Positions 54,097 to 62,568 of a DNA stretch of 62,568 bases are shown one piece after another. Numbering within the stretch: position 1 is the stretch's first letter; each line of letters begins with the position of its first letter. Under the pieces are notes generated by a model, which worked only from the letters and a program-made list of their open reading frames with translations, ran no database searches and was not told where the DNA came from. Origin of the DNA: a virus (Duplodnaviria; Caudoviricetes); IMG/VR virus record IMGVR_UViG_3300011417_000010, positions 1-62,568 of that record; one strand, given 5' to 3'. A program made the position numbers and the translations under genes.

Positions 54097-54744
54097 ATGG
54101 GACTTCAGATTCAGGGCTTCAGCGGGATAATTTCCGAGGTCAGCGGGACCGCCTACCGCGCCCTTCGCGTGGAGAATCGTCCGCTCGACGTCGGGTCCCT
54201 TGGTGCCTACCGGATCGCGATGCAGACCGGCGTCATGGCTGCTGGTCTCGCGGCCAATAGCGAGATCTTCCAGTTTCGCTGGACGGACGCGACCAGGATC
54301 TGCGTGATCGAGAAGATCCAGTTTGACGGCGCGGGCTCCATCGTCGCGTTCGCGGCGGGGACGGCAATCTTCCGCGCCACCGTCGCGCGCGCGTTCTCGG
54401 CTGCCGGCTCGGGCGGCACTGCTGCTACGATCACTGGCAACAACCAGAAGCTACGCACGTCGATGGGCACGACTATTCTCGGCGAGGCCAGGTGCGCTAC
54501 CACCGCGGCTCTCGGCGCCGGCACCAAGACGCTCGACTCGCAGGACGTCGGCGCTGCGGTCGGCTCGTTCACGGCCGTGGCGGGGGTGTCGATTCCTCCC
54601 CAGCCCTTCATGGACGTCTATGCGGGCGGGCACCCGCTCATTCTGGTCCAGAACGAGGGTTTCGTGATCCGGGCAGCGGTCCCTGCGACTGGCACATGGT
54701 CAGCAGGCGTCACGGTGCACTGGACCGAGATGGCCGCCTACTAA
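54097..54744 (+). CDS. Virion structural protein (jelly-roll-like)
   Basis: AAGGAG RBS; PLILVQNEGFVIR..VHWTE C-terminus. Confidence 0.55.
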   Translation: MGLQIQGFSGIISEVSGTAYRALRVENRPLDVGSLGAYRIAMQTGVMAAGLAANSEIFQFRWTDATRICVIEKIQFDGAGSIVAFAAGTAIFRATVARAFSAAGSGGTAATITGNNQKLRTSMGTTILGEARCATTAALGAGTKTLDSQDVGAAVGSFTAVAGVSIPPQPFMDVYAGGHPLILVQNEGFVIRAAVPATGTWSAGVTVHWTEMAAY

Positions 54745-54765
54745 GTCGAGATATAGAGGCAGCGC

Positions 54766-56895
54766 ATGTCGCTGTTGCTTAGTCAGCAGGGTGGTGGCGG
54801 TGATCTAACGCTACCCATAACGGGCGTTCAGGCTGTCGTATCTGCCGGTACGCTCTCACCTGCTAATGCAGCTGCGCTCTCTGGCATCGTATCTACAGCC
54901 GCGCCCGGCGTGGTCGTAGCTAGCTTCAACCTAGCTCTTGCTGGGTCAGCCGCGACCGGTTCGCTTGGTACGCTAACTCCGTCGTCGAGCATTGCTCTTG
55001 CTGGGTCAGCCGCGACCGCGAACATCGGCACGCTGACTCCCAGTTCGACGCTTGCGCTGTCCGGGTCGTCCGCGACCGCTGCTCCCGGGACCCTAGTTGG
55101 GACCTTCAACCTAGCTCTTGCTGGGTCAGCTGTGACCGGATCGCATGGTAGCGTCTCTCCCTTCAGCGCACTGGCTCTGATTGGAACCGCTGCGACGGCT
55201 TTACCTGGGTCTGTCGCTTCTGCTGGTTTCCCCACCGGTATCACCACCACTTCCTCGCTCGGGACCCTTTCTCCCAGCTCGGGCGTGGCTCCGACCGGTA
55301 ATTCCGCAACCGGATCTTCTGGTTCCGTAACAGCCAGCACGAGCGTAGAACTTACTGGCAATCAGGCTACAGCCAGCGCGGGCGCGTTCGCCCCCGTCAG
55401 CAGCGTCGCTATGACCGGCAGCCAAGTTTCAGCTGTTGTCGGCAGCGTCACTCAGTCGTCGGCCGTACCCGTCGTAGGCACCGCAGCTACTGGCTCTCCA
55501 GGTACGGTCACCGCGGGCGAGACCGTTGCCACCACCGGCTCGTCCTCCACCGCTTCACCCGGGTCGGTCACGGCCGCCCCGAGCGCTGCGTTGACCGGCA
55601 GTCAGGCCGCGGGATCGCCTGGTTCGGTGGCCCCCGTGACGGAGACCTCGGGCGTCCAGGGCGCCAGTGCGGCAGGTAGCGTAGGCCCCGCGTCGTCAGT
55701 CGCTGCCACCGGCTCGTCCTCCACCGCGTCACTGGGCTCCGTAGCTCCGTCGTCGGCCGTACCACTCAGCGGTGCCGAGGCCGACTCGGCGATTGGTACC
55801 GTGCTCCCGTCCAGCGCCGTCGCGCTCACCGGAGCAGGTGCAGATGCGAGCGCCGGTAACGTGTCCCCGCAGTCGTCCGTCCCGCTCACTGGTGAGCAGG
55901 CCGCAGCCTCGGCCGGCACGGTGGGAGTCGCGCTCAGCGTAGCGCTGAGCGGTTCCGAGGCTACCGTCAGCGCCGGCAACGTGACCCCGCCCGGTGGCGT
56001 GGACGTCACGGGTGTAGGTGCGTCGTCGAGCGCAGGCTCCGTAGGCCCCGCGTCGTCGGTGCCGCTGGTCGGTGCCTCCGCCACCGCTACGCCCGGTACC
56101 GTCAGTCCCGTCACCTCCTCGGAGCTGGAGGGTGCGGGAGCCTCCGCCTCGCCCGGTGACGTGAGTCCAGGCCTCCAGACCGTCGGTGTCGAGGCACCCT
56201 CCAGCGCCGGCAACGTCGGTGCCCATATCATCGTCGCTCTCACTGGCGTCGGTGGCGTCACTTCTGCCGGGATCATCCTCCCCGCACATGACCTAGTCCT
56301 CAGCGGTGTCGAGGTCGTCTCCGTGCCTGGCGTCGTGGCCCCGCGCTTCTCGATCGTGCTCACCGGGTTGGTATCCACCGCCCTCGGTGGTACCCTCTCC
56401 CCGCCAGTCCCGGAGCCACCCACCGTGGTGCTCACGACGGCCATCAACGACATCATAACGTGCGGACCATCTCCCAAGAACACTTCTACTGCTGGTCGCA
56501 GCCTTGCAGCCTCCTACTGCGACTGGGCGATGATGTGTCGGAGCCAGCTAGGTGCCTACCCGAAGGGCCTGACCACGACCGGATACCTCTACTTGTCCCG
56601 CGAGCTTGGTCGCGTCCTTGGCCAGTCAGGCCCGTACCTCAATGTGGTGGCCCTTGAGTTCGCCAACGCCGTCGCCTCCATGTGGAAGTACAGCGGTGTT
56701 ACGTTCGGTGACGAGCCGGTCTTGACCACTCCCGGGACCCAGGACCTGGCGATGGCGATCTACGCGCTCGACCCCTACCTGCTGCTCCAGTCCGCGATTG
56801 GGCAGGACATGTACGACGGGTGGTACATCCTCTCTGAGGCCTTGATTCGCTTCACGATTAGGATGACGACCGCCAGCGGTCGGGTCACCTACTAA
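54766..56895 (+). CDS. Repeat-rich fibre protein (~17-20 aa tandem units) with C-terminal helical domain
   Basis: More than 25 LxGxxAxxxxGx(V/L)xP units; DNA repeats such as CTTCAACCTAGCTCTTGCTGGGTCAGC at 54924 and 55104. Confidence 0.7.
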   Translation: MSLLLSQQGGGGDLTLPITGVQAVVSAGTLSPANAAALSGIVSTAAPGVVVASFNLALAGSAATGSLGTLTPSSSIALAGSAATANIGTLTPSSTLALSGSSATAAPGTLVGTFNLALAGSAVTGSHGSVSPFSALALIGTAATALPGSVASAGFPTGITTTSSLGTLSPSSGVAPTGNSATGSSGSVTASTSVELTGNQATASAGAFAPVSSVAMTGSQVSAVVGSVTQSSAVPVVGTAATGSPGTVTAGETVATTGSSSTASPGSVTAAPSAALTGSQAAGSPGSVAPVTETSGVQGASAAGSVGPASSVAATGSSSTASLGSVAPSSAVPLSGAEADSAIGTVLPSSAVALTGAGADASAGNVSPQSSVPLTGEQAAASAGTVGVALSVALSGSEATVSAGNVTPPGGVDVTGVGASSSAGSVGPASSVPLVGASATATPGTVSPVTSSELEGAGASASPGDVSPGLQTVGVEAPSSAGNVGAHIIVALTGVGGVTSAGIILPAHDLVLSGVEVVSVPGVVAPRFSIVLTGLVSTALGGTLSPPVPEPPTVVLTTAINDIITCGPSPKNTSTAGRSLAASYCDWAMMCRSQLGAYPKGLTTTGYLYLSRELGRVLGQSGPYLNVVALEFANAVASMWKYSGVTFGDEPVLTTPGTQDLAMAIYALDPYLLLQSAIGQDMYDGWYILSEALIRFTIRMTTASGRVTY

Positions 56896-56912
56896 GCCCC
56901 AATCTTTGGGGT

Positions 56913-59237
56913 ATGGCGAATGAGGATTCGAACGCGGCGATTCGCGCTGCCCAGCTGGCCCAGGCCCAGGCCCGAGCCTCGGCCGCCTCTGCCAAGCTGT
57001 CGGAAACGCAGGCCCGGGACATCCTCGCTGAGATCATCCGCCTCACTCAGGGGCTCGATAGCGAGTTCCTGGAGGCTTCGAATAACCTCTCCGACCTCGA
57101 CGATGTGGTGGCGGCCAGGACCAACCTCGGTCTCGGGTCCGCGGCCTTGCAGCCGGATACGGCGTTCCTCCAGTCGGACAACAACCTCTCGGACATCACC
57201 GATGAGGCGCTGGCTCGTGGAGCCCTGGGCATCGGTACCATGGGCGTCCAGGACGCCGATTCCGTCTTCATCGAGGGTGGCAGGGTCATCGTCAGTGACG
57301 ACCCGGTGGACTTGCTGGAGGTTGCCACGAAGCAATACGTTGACGACAACTCTGGCGGAAGTGGCGGGGCCGACTGGACCGTCGGTATCTGCCGCATCTA
57401 CGCCATCGATTTTGTGAACGGCAACGACAGCAACCTTGGCTACGCTGACCCGGCGTCGTCGTCGAGCGTTGACTACGCAATCGCGTGTCAGCTGGCCGGG
57501 ACCCGCGCCCTCAAGACCTTCGCTGGCCTGGCCGCGATCTTTCCGCGCTACGGTAACGGTCGCCAAGTCGAGATCGTCGTGGCGAACGGTGGCGTCAACA
57601 TCAGCCAGACCTACAGCGGCGCGATCTCCGACTTCCTCGGCGGCAGCAGCGGTTACAGCGGCAGCTGCCCCACCGTCAGGGGTACCGGTACGAACACGAC
57701 CGCTGGTTGCGTCGCGTTCGATGGGTCGTCCGCTGACGTCACCTACCAGGGTGCCATCACCGGCACCGGCATGAACTCGGCTGGGTACAAGCCGACGGGT
57801 ACCCCCACGACCAGCGTCGTTCAGTGCGTCCTATTTGCTGGTGGTTCGCCCAGCTTCGCGACTGAGCTAGCGATCCCCTCCGGCCTCCGCGTGCGCTTCG
57901 ACGCCAACACCGCGACGGTGGCCCTGAGGAACGTCTGCCGCCACGTCTGCCAGGTCAGTGGCGGTGACACGCTTACCTGGACGACCGCCCTTCCTGCAAC
58001 GCCGACTAGCTCCGACGTCTTCTACATCGAGCAGGCGGGCTACACCTCCGGTGGCTTCGCTCTCGGATCTAACTCGAACGCCCGCAGCTCAAACATGCAG
58101 GTCAGCGGCGGGGCTTTCAGCAGCACCGTCACTACCGACAACATGCGGATCAACTTCACCGCGTGTCAGCTGGCGGGCATCACCTCGACGAACGACCTGG
58201 ACTGCACGCTCATTCAGACGTTCAACCACCCAGTCTATGGAAACCTCACCGTCGGGGGTAACAGGAGCAGCGGCTCCTGCATCTTCATCACCGCCCGCAC
58301 GTGCTCCGTGACCAACCTGGTGTCCACGGGTAGCGTCACCGCGACCAACGTGTCGACCTTCACCATGGGTAACGGCTTTGCGTGTTCTGGCACGATTGTC
58401 GTTTCGACGCCACTTGCCGGGGCCATGGGTGGTACTGGCGCAGTCGTTGGCACGACGGCCAGGCTGGTCAATAACTCGATCGCGTTCGGATCTAACGGCG
58501 GCCTCACTGGTGGCTACTACTCGATTCAGCAGCTCTCGGTCAACAACTCACCACTCCCCGGCATCTTCCTCCGCGCAGAAGGTCTCGTTCTCGACCTCGG
58601 TGCGCAGGCGACGACCTCAAGCTCGATCACTGGTTCTGGAAACGCCAACTACGGTCTTGACCTGTCCGAGGCTAAGAACTGCACGATCTTCATCAACGTC
58701 ACAAACCCTCCTACGCTGACTGGTACGCTCGGCAATGTCGTCATGGCGGACGGTCGTCTGCTCACGTGGACCCAGTGCGTGAACAGCGGGGCCGGCGTCG
58801 TCGACCAGGCCGGCAATCGCATCATTCCCAGCACCGCGACTTCGCTTGGTTACCGACAGCCGGCGCTCACCAAGCTGAAGTTTGCCGGTAAGCTGTTCGG
58901 TGGTGCTGGCGCGGCATTCACGTATATCGCCGACAGCATCGAAGCTACTGTGAACAACACGCTCCCGTTCAGGTACGGGACCCTTGGCTTTGCTGCTGTC
59001 TTTATCTACATCACGCCCATGGCCAACAACATGGCCAACGCCTGCACCGTCACCCTCTACAGGAACGGCAGCGCCGCTTCGACTCCGATCTCGATCCCGG
59101 CTGGTAGCACGGTTCAGGTCGTCGGCTCCACGATCGTCAACTTCAGCCACACCGACCAGTACGACGTCCGCGTAGACGTCGCGGGAGCTGACGCTGGCAA
59201 CTCCCTCACGCTCTCTGTCACCGTGGAAGGTTACTAA
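56913..59237 (+). CDS. Tail fibre / receptor-binding protein 1
   Basis: NNLSDL..ARTNLGLG repeats, ATKQYVD, beta-helix-like body; AATCTT upstream. Confidence 0.75.
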   Translation: MANEDSNAAIRAAQLAQAQARASAASAKLSETQARDILAEIIRLTQGLDSEFLEASNNLSDLDDVVAARTNLGLGSAALQPDTAFLQSDNNLSDITDEALARGALGIGTMGVQDADSVFIEGGRVIVSDDPVDLLEVATKQYVDDNSGGSGGADWTVGICRIYAIDFVNGNDSNLGYADPASSSSVDYAIACQLAGTRALKTFAGLAAIFPRYGNGRQVEIVVANGGVNISQTYSGAISDFLGGSSGYSGSCPTVRGTGTNTTAGCVAFDGSSADVTYQGAITGTGMNSAGYKPTGTPTTSVVQCVLFAGGSPSFATELAIPSGLRVRFDANTATVALRNVCRHVCQVSGGDTLTWTTALPATPTSSDVFYIEQAGYTSGGFALGSNSNARSSNMQVSGGAFSSTVTTDNMRINFTACQLAGITSTNDLDCTLIQTFNHPVYGNLTVGGNRSSGSCIFITARTCSVTNLVSTGSVTATNVSTFTMGNGFACSGTIVVSTPLAGAMGGTGAVVGTTARLVNNSIAFGSNGGLTGGYYSIQQLSVNNSPLPGIFLRAEGLVLDLGAQATTSSSITGSGNANYGLDLSEAKNCTIFINVTNPPTLTGTLGNVVMADGRLLTWTQCVNSGAGVVDQAGNRIIPSTATSLGYRQPALTKLKFAGKLFGGAGAAFTYIADSIEATVNNTLPFRYGTLGFAAVFIYITPMANNMANACTVTLYRNGSAASTPISIPAGSTVQVVGSTIVNFSHTDQYDVRVDVAGADAGNSLTLSVTVEGY

Positions 59238-59239
59238 GC

Positions 59240-61384
59240 ATGGCGAACGAAGACCTCAACGCAGCAGTCAGGGCCGTCCAGACAGCGCAGGCGCTGGCTC
59301 GCGCGGCTGCGATGGCTGCCAGGCTCTCGGAGGCGAACGCCCGAGAGATCCTCGCCGAGATCATCCTCATCTCCGGGGGTCTCGATGGTGCCCTGGTCCG
59401 TACGAACAACCTCAACGACCTCACCGACGTGCCGACAGCCAGGATCAACCTCGGTCTCGGGACCGCCGCGGTCCTCGACTCGGGAGACCTCCTACAGGCT
59501 GCGAACAACCTCTCCGACATCGTCGACGCCGCTGAGGCTAGGGACAACCTCGGCATCAGCACGTCGATCGGTAGCGCTGACTGGACCATCGACGTGTGTC
59601 GTGTCTACGCCATCAGCAACGCCACCGGCAGCGACCTGTTCTTGGGTTACGCTGACCCCACGACCACCGGCACCGCCGCATACGCCATTGGTTGCGCGGC
59701 TGCCGGCCTCGTAGCGAAGAAAACGTTCTCCGGCCTGGGCGCCATCCTCCCACGTGAGGGCGCGGGTCGCACGGCGGAGATTGTCATCGAGGGTGATGTG
59801 TCGTCGTACGCGGGCGACCTCACGACTCTACTGGCGGGGTGCACGGGGTACCTATCGATCACGGTCCGCGGTACCGGTACGAACACGACCGCTGGCTGCA
59901 CTGCCTTCGACGGGTCGGTTGCGGACTGCTTGTACTTGGGTGCCACGACTGCCCCCAGTATGAACTCGGCTGGGTACAAGCCGACCGAGGGCGGCACCAC
60001 GACCTCGGTCCCGTGCACGAAGTTCGACCTCTCGGCGGCTGGCTTCGCGGCGGAGCCGACCGTCTCGGGACACGGTTACCGAATCCGGTTCGACGCCAAC
60101 ACTCAGACGGTCGCTCTCCGGAACGCCACCTCTTACTTCTGCAAAGTAACGGGCAGTACACTCACTCTGGTAGCAGCGCTGGCAGCTGCTCCAGCCGCTC
60201 CAGTCGCTGGTGTCGGTGGAGACGTCTTCTACATCGAGAAGGCTGGCGTCACGTGGTCCGGCACTGCAGCGTTCCGAGGCTTGGGTGGCGGCCTGCTAAA
60301 CCTGGCGGGTGTCGGCTCTGCCACGACCTTGAATATCTTCAACGCCAACGTCAACAGTGTCTCGTTCTGCCAGTCGGGCACGAGCATGAGCTTCTCGGAC
60401 TGCGTGGTCTCACTCAATAGGTCGTACGCGCACCCCGTGCACGGGACCATTACGGCGAGCGGTTCGCGATCTGGGACTTCACTCACCGTTAATCGTTCGT
60501 TCGTTGCTGCCATTGGAATTACAAGTGGGACAAGCTCTAGCTTTGCTCAGTGCCCGTTCGTGTCTCTCGGGAACGGGTGTGTGACAGGGTCTGGGAACGC
60601 GTCATTCTCTCAGTGCCCGGCGATCACGTGGGGAAGTACTGGCGCTTCCCCTACCGTCGTGGCCCGTACGCTCGCAGGTGGTATCGTGCTCAACGGCTTC
60701 TGCTCGATCGGCTGCGGTCAGGGGGAGTTCAACGGCCAGACCGCAATTACGATCCTCGGCGCGAGGAACTTCGTGAACCTCGGCAACGCCCAGGGCAACA
60801 CGACACTTCTGTTCCCGTACGACGGAGTGACGAAGGGCTTCTTCTTCATCGACCTGCACAACGGCGGCGTCGCGAGCGGCGTCTTCCCGAAGGACACGCT
60901 CATCTCTATCAGGTCTGCAACGCCGCCTCCTGAAGGTGGCTTCGCAACCATCATCGGCGTTCAGAGCCAGGCCTCAAGCTGGGCGACCCTCATCAGCCGC
61001 GGTGGTGGTGCAGTGGACAACTCTTGGAACTACGTCTCCGTCGACGACGTACTCCTCTTCGTAGCCCAGAATAAGTTGGCGACGTTCCTCTCTGACTCTG
61101 ACCAGACGGTCGCGCCCGGCACGGACAAGGCCAGCGAGTACCACATGCGGCTCGTCACGACGGGGAATCGCAACATCACTACGGCGACTACGAGTGCCGT
61201 CGACAAGGACGTCGTCCGCTTCGTCAACTTCTCGTCGACCCACACCCTGCAAATCAAGGACGGGGCGGGGACAAACCTCTACCTGCTGCCGGTCGTCAGT
61301 GCGCAAGCTGCCAAGGCCGTCGACCTGATCTTCAGCTCGACTCAGTGGGTCGTGCAGTCTAGTTGCTGGGTCCCGGCGCAGTAA
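59240..61384 (+). CDS. Tail fibre / receptor-binding protein 2 (paralog)
   Basis: N-terminal half clearly homologous to fibre 1; different C-terminus. Confidence 0.75.
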   Translation: MANEDLNAAVRAVQTAQALARAAAMAARLSEANAREILAEIILISGGLDGALVRTNNLNDLTDVPTARINLGLGTAAVLDSGDLLQAANNLSDIVDAAEARDNLGISTSIGSADWTIDVCRVYAISNATGSDLFLGYADPTTTGTAAYAIGCAAAGLVAKKTFSGLGAILPREGAGRTAEIVIEGDVSSYAGDLTTLLAGCTGYLSITVRGTGTNTTAGCTAFDGSVADCLYLGATTAPSMNSAGYKPTEGGTTTSVPCTKFDLSAAGFAAEPTVSGHGYRIRFDANTQTVALRNATSYFCKVTGSTLTLVAALAAAPAAPVAGVGGDVFYIEKAGVTWSGTAAFRGLGGGLLNLAGVGSATTLNIFNANVNSVSFCQSGTSMSFSDCVVSLNRSYAHPVHGTITASGSRSGTSLTVNRSFVAAIGITSGTSSSFAQCPFVSLGNGCVTGSGNASFSQCPAITWGSTGASPTVVARTLAGGIVLNGFCSIGCGQGEFNGQTAITILGARNFVNLGNAQGNTTLLFPYDGVTKGFFFIDLHNGGVASGVFPKDTLISIRSATPPPEGGFATIIGVQSQASSWATLISRGGGAVDNSWNYVSVDDVLLFVAQNKLATFLSDSDQTVAPGTDKASEYHMRLVTTGNRNITTATTSAVDKDVVRFVNFSSTHTLQIKDGAGTNLYLLPVVSAQAAKAVDLIFSSTQWVVQSSCWVPAQ

Positions 61385-61388
61385 CCGC

Positions 61389-61417
61389 TTGACAGCCGAT
61401 CCCCAGCTTGGTAGGCT
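61389..61417 (+). promoter_or_regulatory. Sigma70-type promoter
   Basis: TTGACA-17-TAGGCT with TG extension, 6 nt before GTG 61424. Confidence 0.6.
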
Positions 61418-61423
61418 GGTCAC

Positions 61424-61699
61424 GTGCTGTTCAAGAAGCTTCCGCCTAGACCGCGGAACCGTATCCTGGCTTACATAGCCGATCCCAGTTTCGACGCGTG
61501 GCGGCAAGTCCGCGACATCCCCGTTTCGCCCGGCCTGAGTTTGTTCGACGTGGTGGAGAAGATAGACCGCGACTACAGCTGGATCGACTACAGCCACCCA
61601 TCCAGTATCCTGGTCGCCCGCGCCTCCGGCTTCGTCGCGAAGCGCGCCCAGGAGATGGACGAGTTCGACCTCTTTCCCTTGACTCAAGAGGATCCGTAG
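61424..61699 (+). CDS. Hypothetical protein
   Basis: Leaderless start after the promoter. Confidence 0.55.
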   Translation: MLFKKLPPRPRNRILAYIADPSFDAWRQVRDIPVSPGLSLFDVVEKIDRDYSWIDYSHPSSILVARASGFVAKRAQEMDEFDLFPLTQEDP

Positions 61700-61735
61700 C
61701 GTAAGATTCGCTATAGAGATAGTGAGGAGTTCGAG

Positions 61736-61921
61736 ATGATGCTGAGAGCGGATCGAGCCGAAGAGCGGAGGCAGACGGCGAAGGACCTCGTCGAGGAGCG
61801 CGCGAAGCGCTCGGCCGAGGACCAGCTGGCGCTGCTGGACCACAAGCTGGGTAAGGGTGTGGGCGCCGCCAAGGAGCGTGCTCGGCTCGTCCAGCAGATC
61901 GCGGACAGGAAGACCAAGTGA
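61736..61921 (+). CDS. Small charged protein
   Basis: GAGGAG RBS; AGATTCGCTA at 61704-61713. Confidence 0.6.
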   Translation: MMLRADRAEERRQTAKDLVEERAKRSAEDQLALLDHKLGKGVGAAKERARLVQQIADRKTK

Positions 61922-62124
61922 GGCGACTCTTCCTTCTCGCGCTGCTGGTCTCTGGCTGCAACAACTCCTGCAACAACGTCGGTGTCGCCCGCTGCGTGGA
62001 GCACTGCGAGCGGCTGGGTGCCATGGCGCATCTGTCAAGCATCGAGGACAAGGGTAACTTCTACTGCGTCTGTAAGTGGCAGATGAAGGACCTACCGTTC
62101 GTTCGCCAGCAACTGGATAAGTAG
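61918..62124 (+). CDS. Small Cys-rich lipoprotein
   Basis: Lipobox VSGC; GTGA overlap. Confidence 0.55.
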   Translation: MRRLFLLALLVSGCNNSCNNVGVARCVEHCERLGAMAHLSSIEDKGNFYCVCKWQMKDLPFVRQQLDK

Positions 62125-62384
62125 TGGCGAAGTCGAAGAAGATCCGCACCGCCATGCGCCGCTTCGTGTTGAAGCGGGACGAGGACGAGACTGGCATCTC
62201 GGGCACGGGCGTCGTCGCCGAGGGCGTCGAGTACTCGAACGGGCGCTGCTCGTTCACCTGGCTGACCCACCAGGAGGCCGTGAACAACTACGGCAGCATG
62301 AAGACCGTCGAGGAGCTTCACGGCCACCACGGCAAGACCAAGGTCGTCTACATCGACGCCAAGACCAACGGCCAGGAGGGCTGA
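62124..62384 (+). CDS. Conserved phage hypothetical protein
   Basis: RDEDETGISGTGVVAEGVEYSNG..W..HGH pattern. Confidence 0.65.
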   Translation: MAKSKKIRTAMRRFVLKRDEDETGISGTGVVAEGVEYSNGRCSFTWLTHQEAVNNYGSMKTVEELHGHHGKTKVVYIDAKTNGQEG

Positions 62385-62386
62385 AC

Positions 62387-62568
62387 ATGCGGACGTCCAA
62401 GGAGTGGTGGAATGGCGTGAAGAACGACCCGGACGCACTGATCCGCTGGCTGCGCAACCAGTACCACGGAGAGGCCATCGCGGCCATCCGCATGAGGAAG
62501 TTCGTGGAGAAGTTCGGTCACCAGGCAAAGTTCAACGAGCGTCGCACGGTCGAGGCCATCGCGCACCA
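62387..62568 (+). CDS. Ferritin-like phage protein (3'-truncated)
   Basis: AGGAGG RBS; MRTSKEWW..WLRNQYHGE; runs off the end of the window. Confidence 0.5.
   Translation, partial: MRTSKEWWNGVKNDPDALIRWLRNQYHGEAIAAIRMRKFVEKFGHQAKFNERRTVEAIAH

Noticed and set aside
1-62568. Stop-codon reassignment
   Set aside because: Long intact genes in the standard code; TAA, TAG and TGA all terminate genes at sensible boundaries.
1-62568. CRISPR array, cas genes or a diversity-generating retroelement
   Set aside because: No regularly spaced repeat-spacer pattern, no reverse transcriptase motif and no adenine-specific variable repeat seen; the mCpol domain alone is not a Cas10.

Overview
This window is a fragment of a large, GC-rich, contractile-tailed (myovirus-type) bacteriophage genome. 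It carries a virion module in roughly SPO1/Twort-like order: scaffold, major capsid, neck proteins, sheath, tube, chaperones, tape measure, hub, spike and fibres. The module is repeatedly interrupted by accessory genes (ThyX, DNA ligase, dNMP kinase, HNH nucleases, UDG-like, RlaP-like nucleotidyltransferase, AAA, ParB, HAD), by 15 tRNA genes in two operons and by a tmRNA. Two recurring intergenic motifs (AGATTCGCTA and YAATCTW) look like phage promoter classes. The strongest candidate for a new system is at the tRNA operons: each is preceded by a short, structured, unannotated leader ORF whose amino acids match the tRNAs downstream. A 15-aa peptide with 7 Leu precedes three tRNA-Leu genes. A 43-aa peptide whose last 30 residues are 28/30 F/D/P/H/Y/T/Q/I/R precedes the 12 tRNAs for exactly those nine amino acids. 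This suggests ribosome-sensed, attenuation-like control of phage tRNA supply. A second theme is large multidomain proteins in the head region (HhH glycosylase+GGDEF; Nudix+ParB+kinase; mCpol+metallopeptidase) punctuated by [LMFI]-x-K-[SA] motifs that resemble prohead-protease sites, i.e. probable capsid-delivered effector polyproteins. All calls come from reading the sequence; no database search was run.
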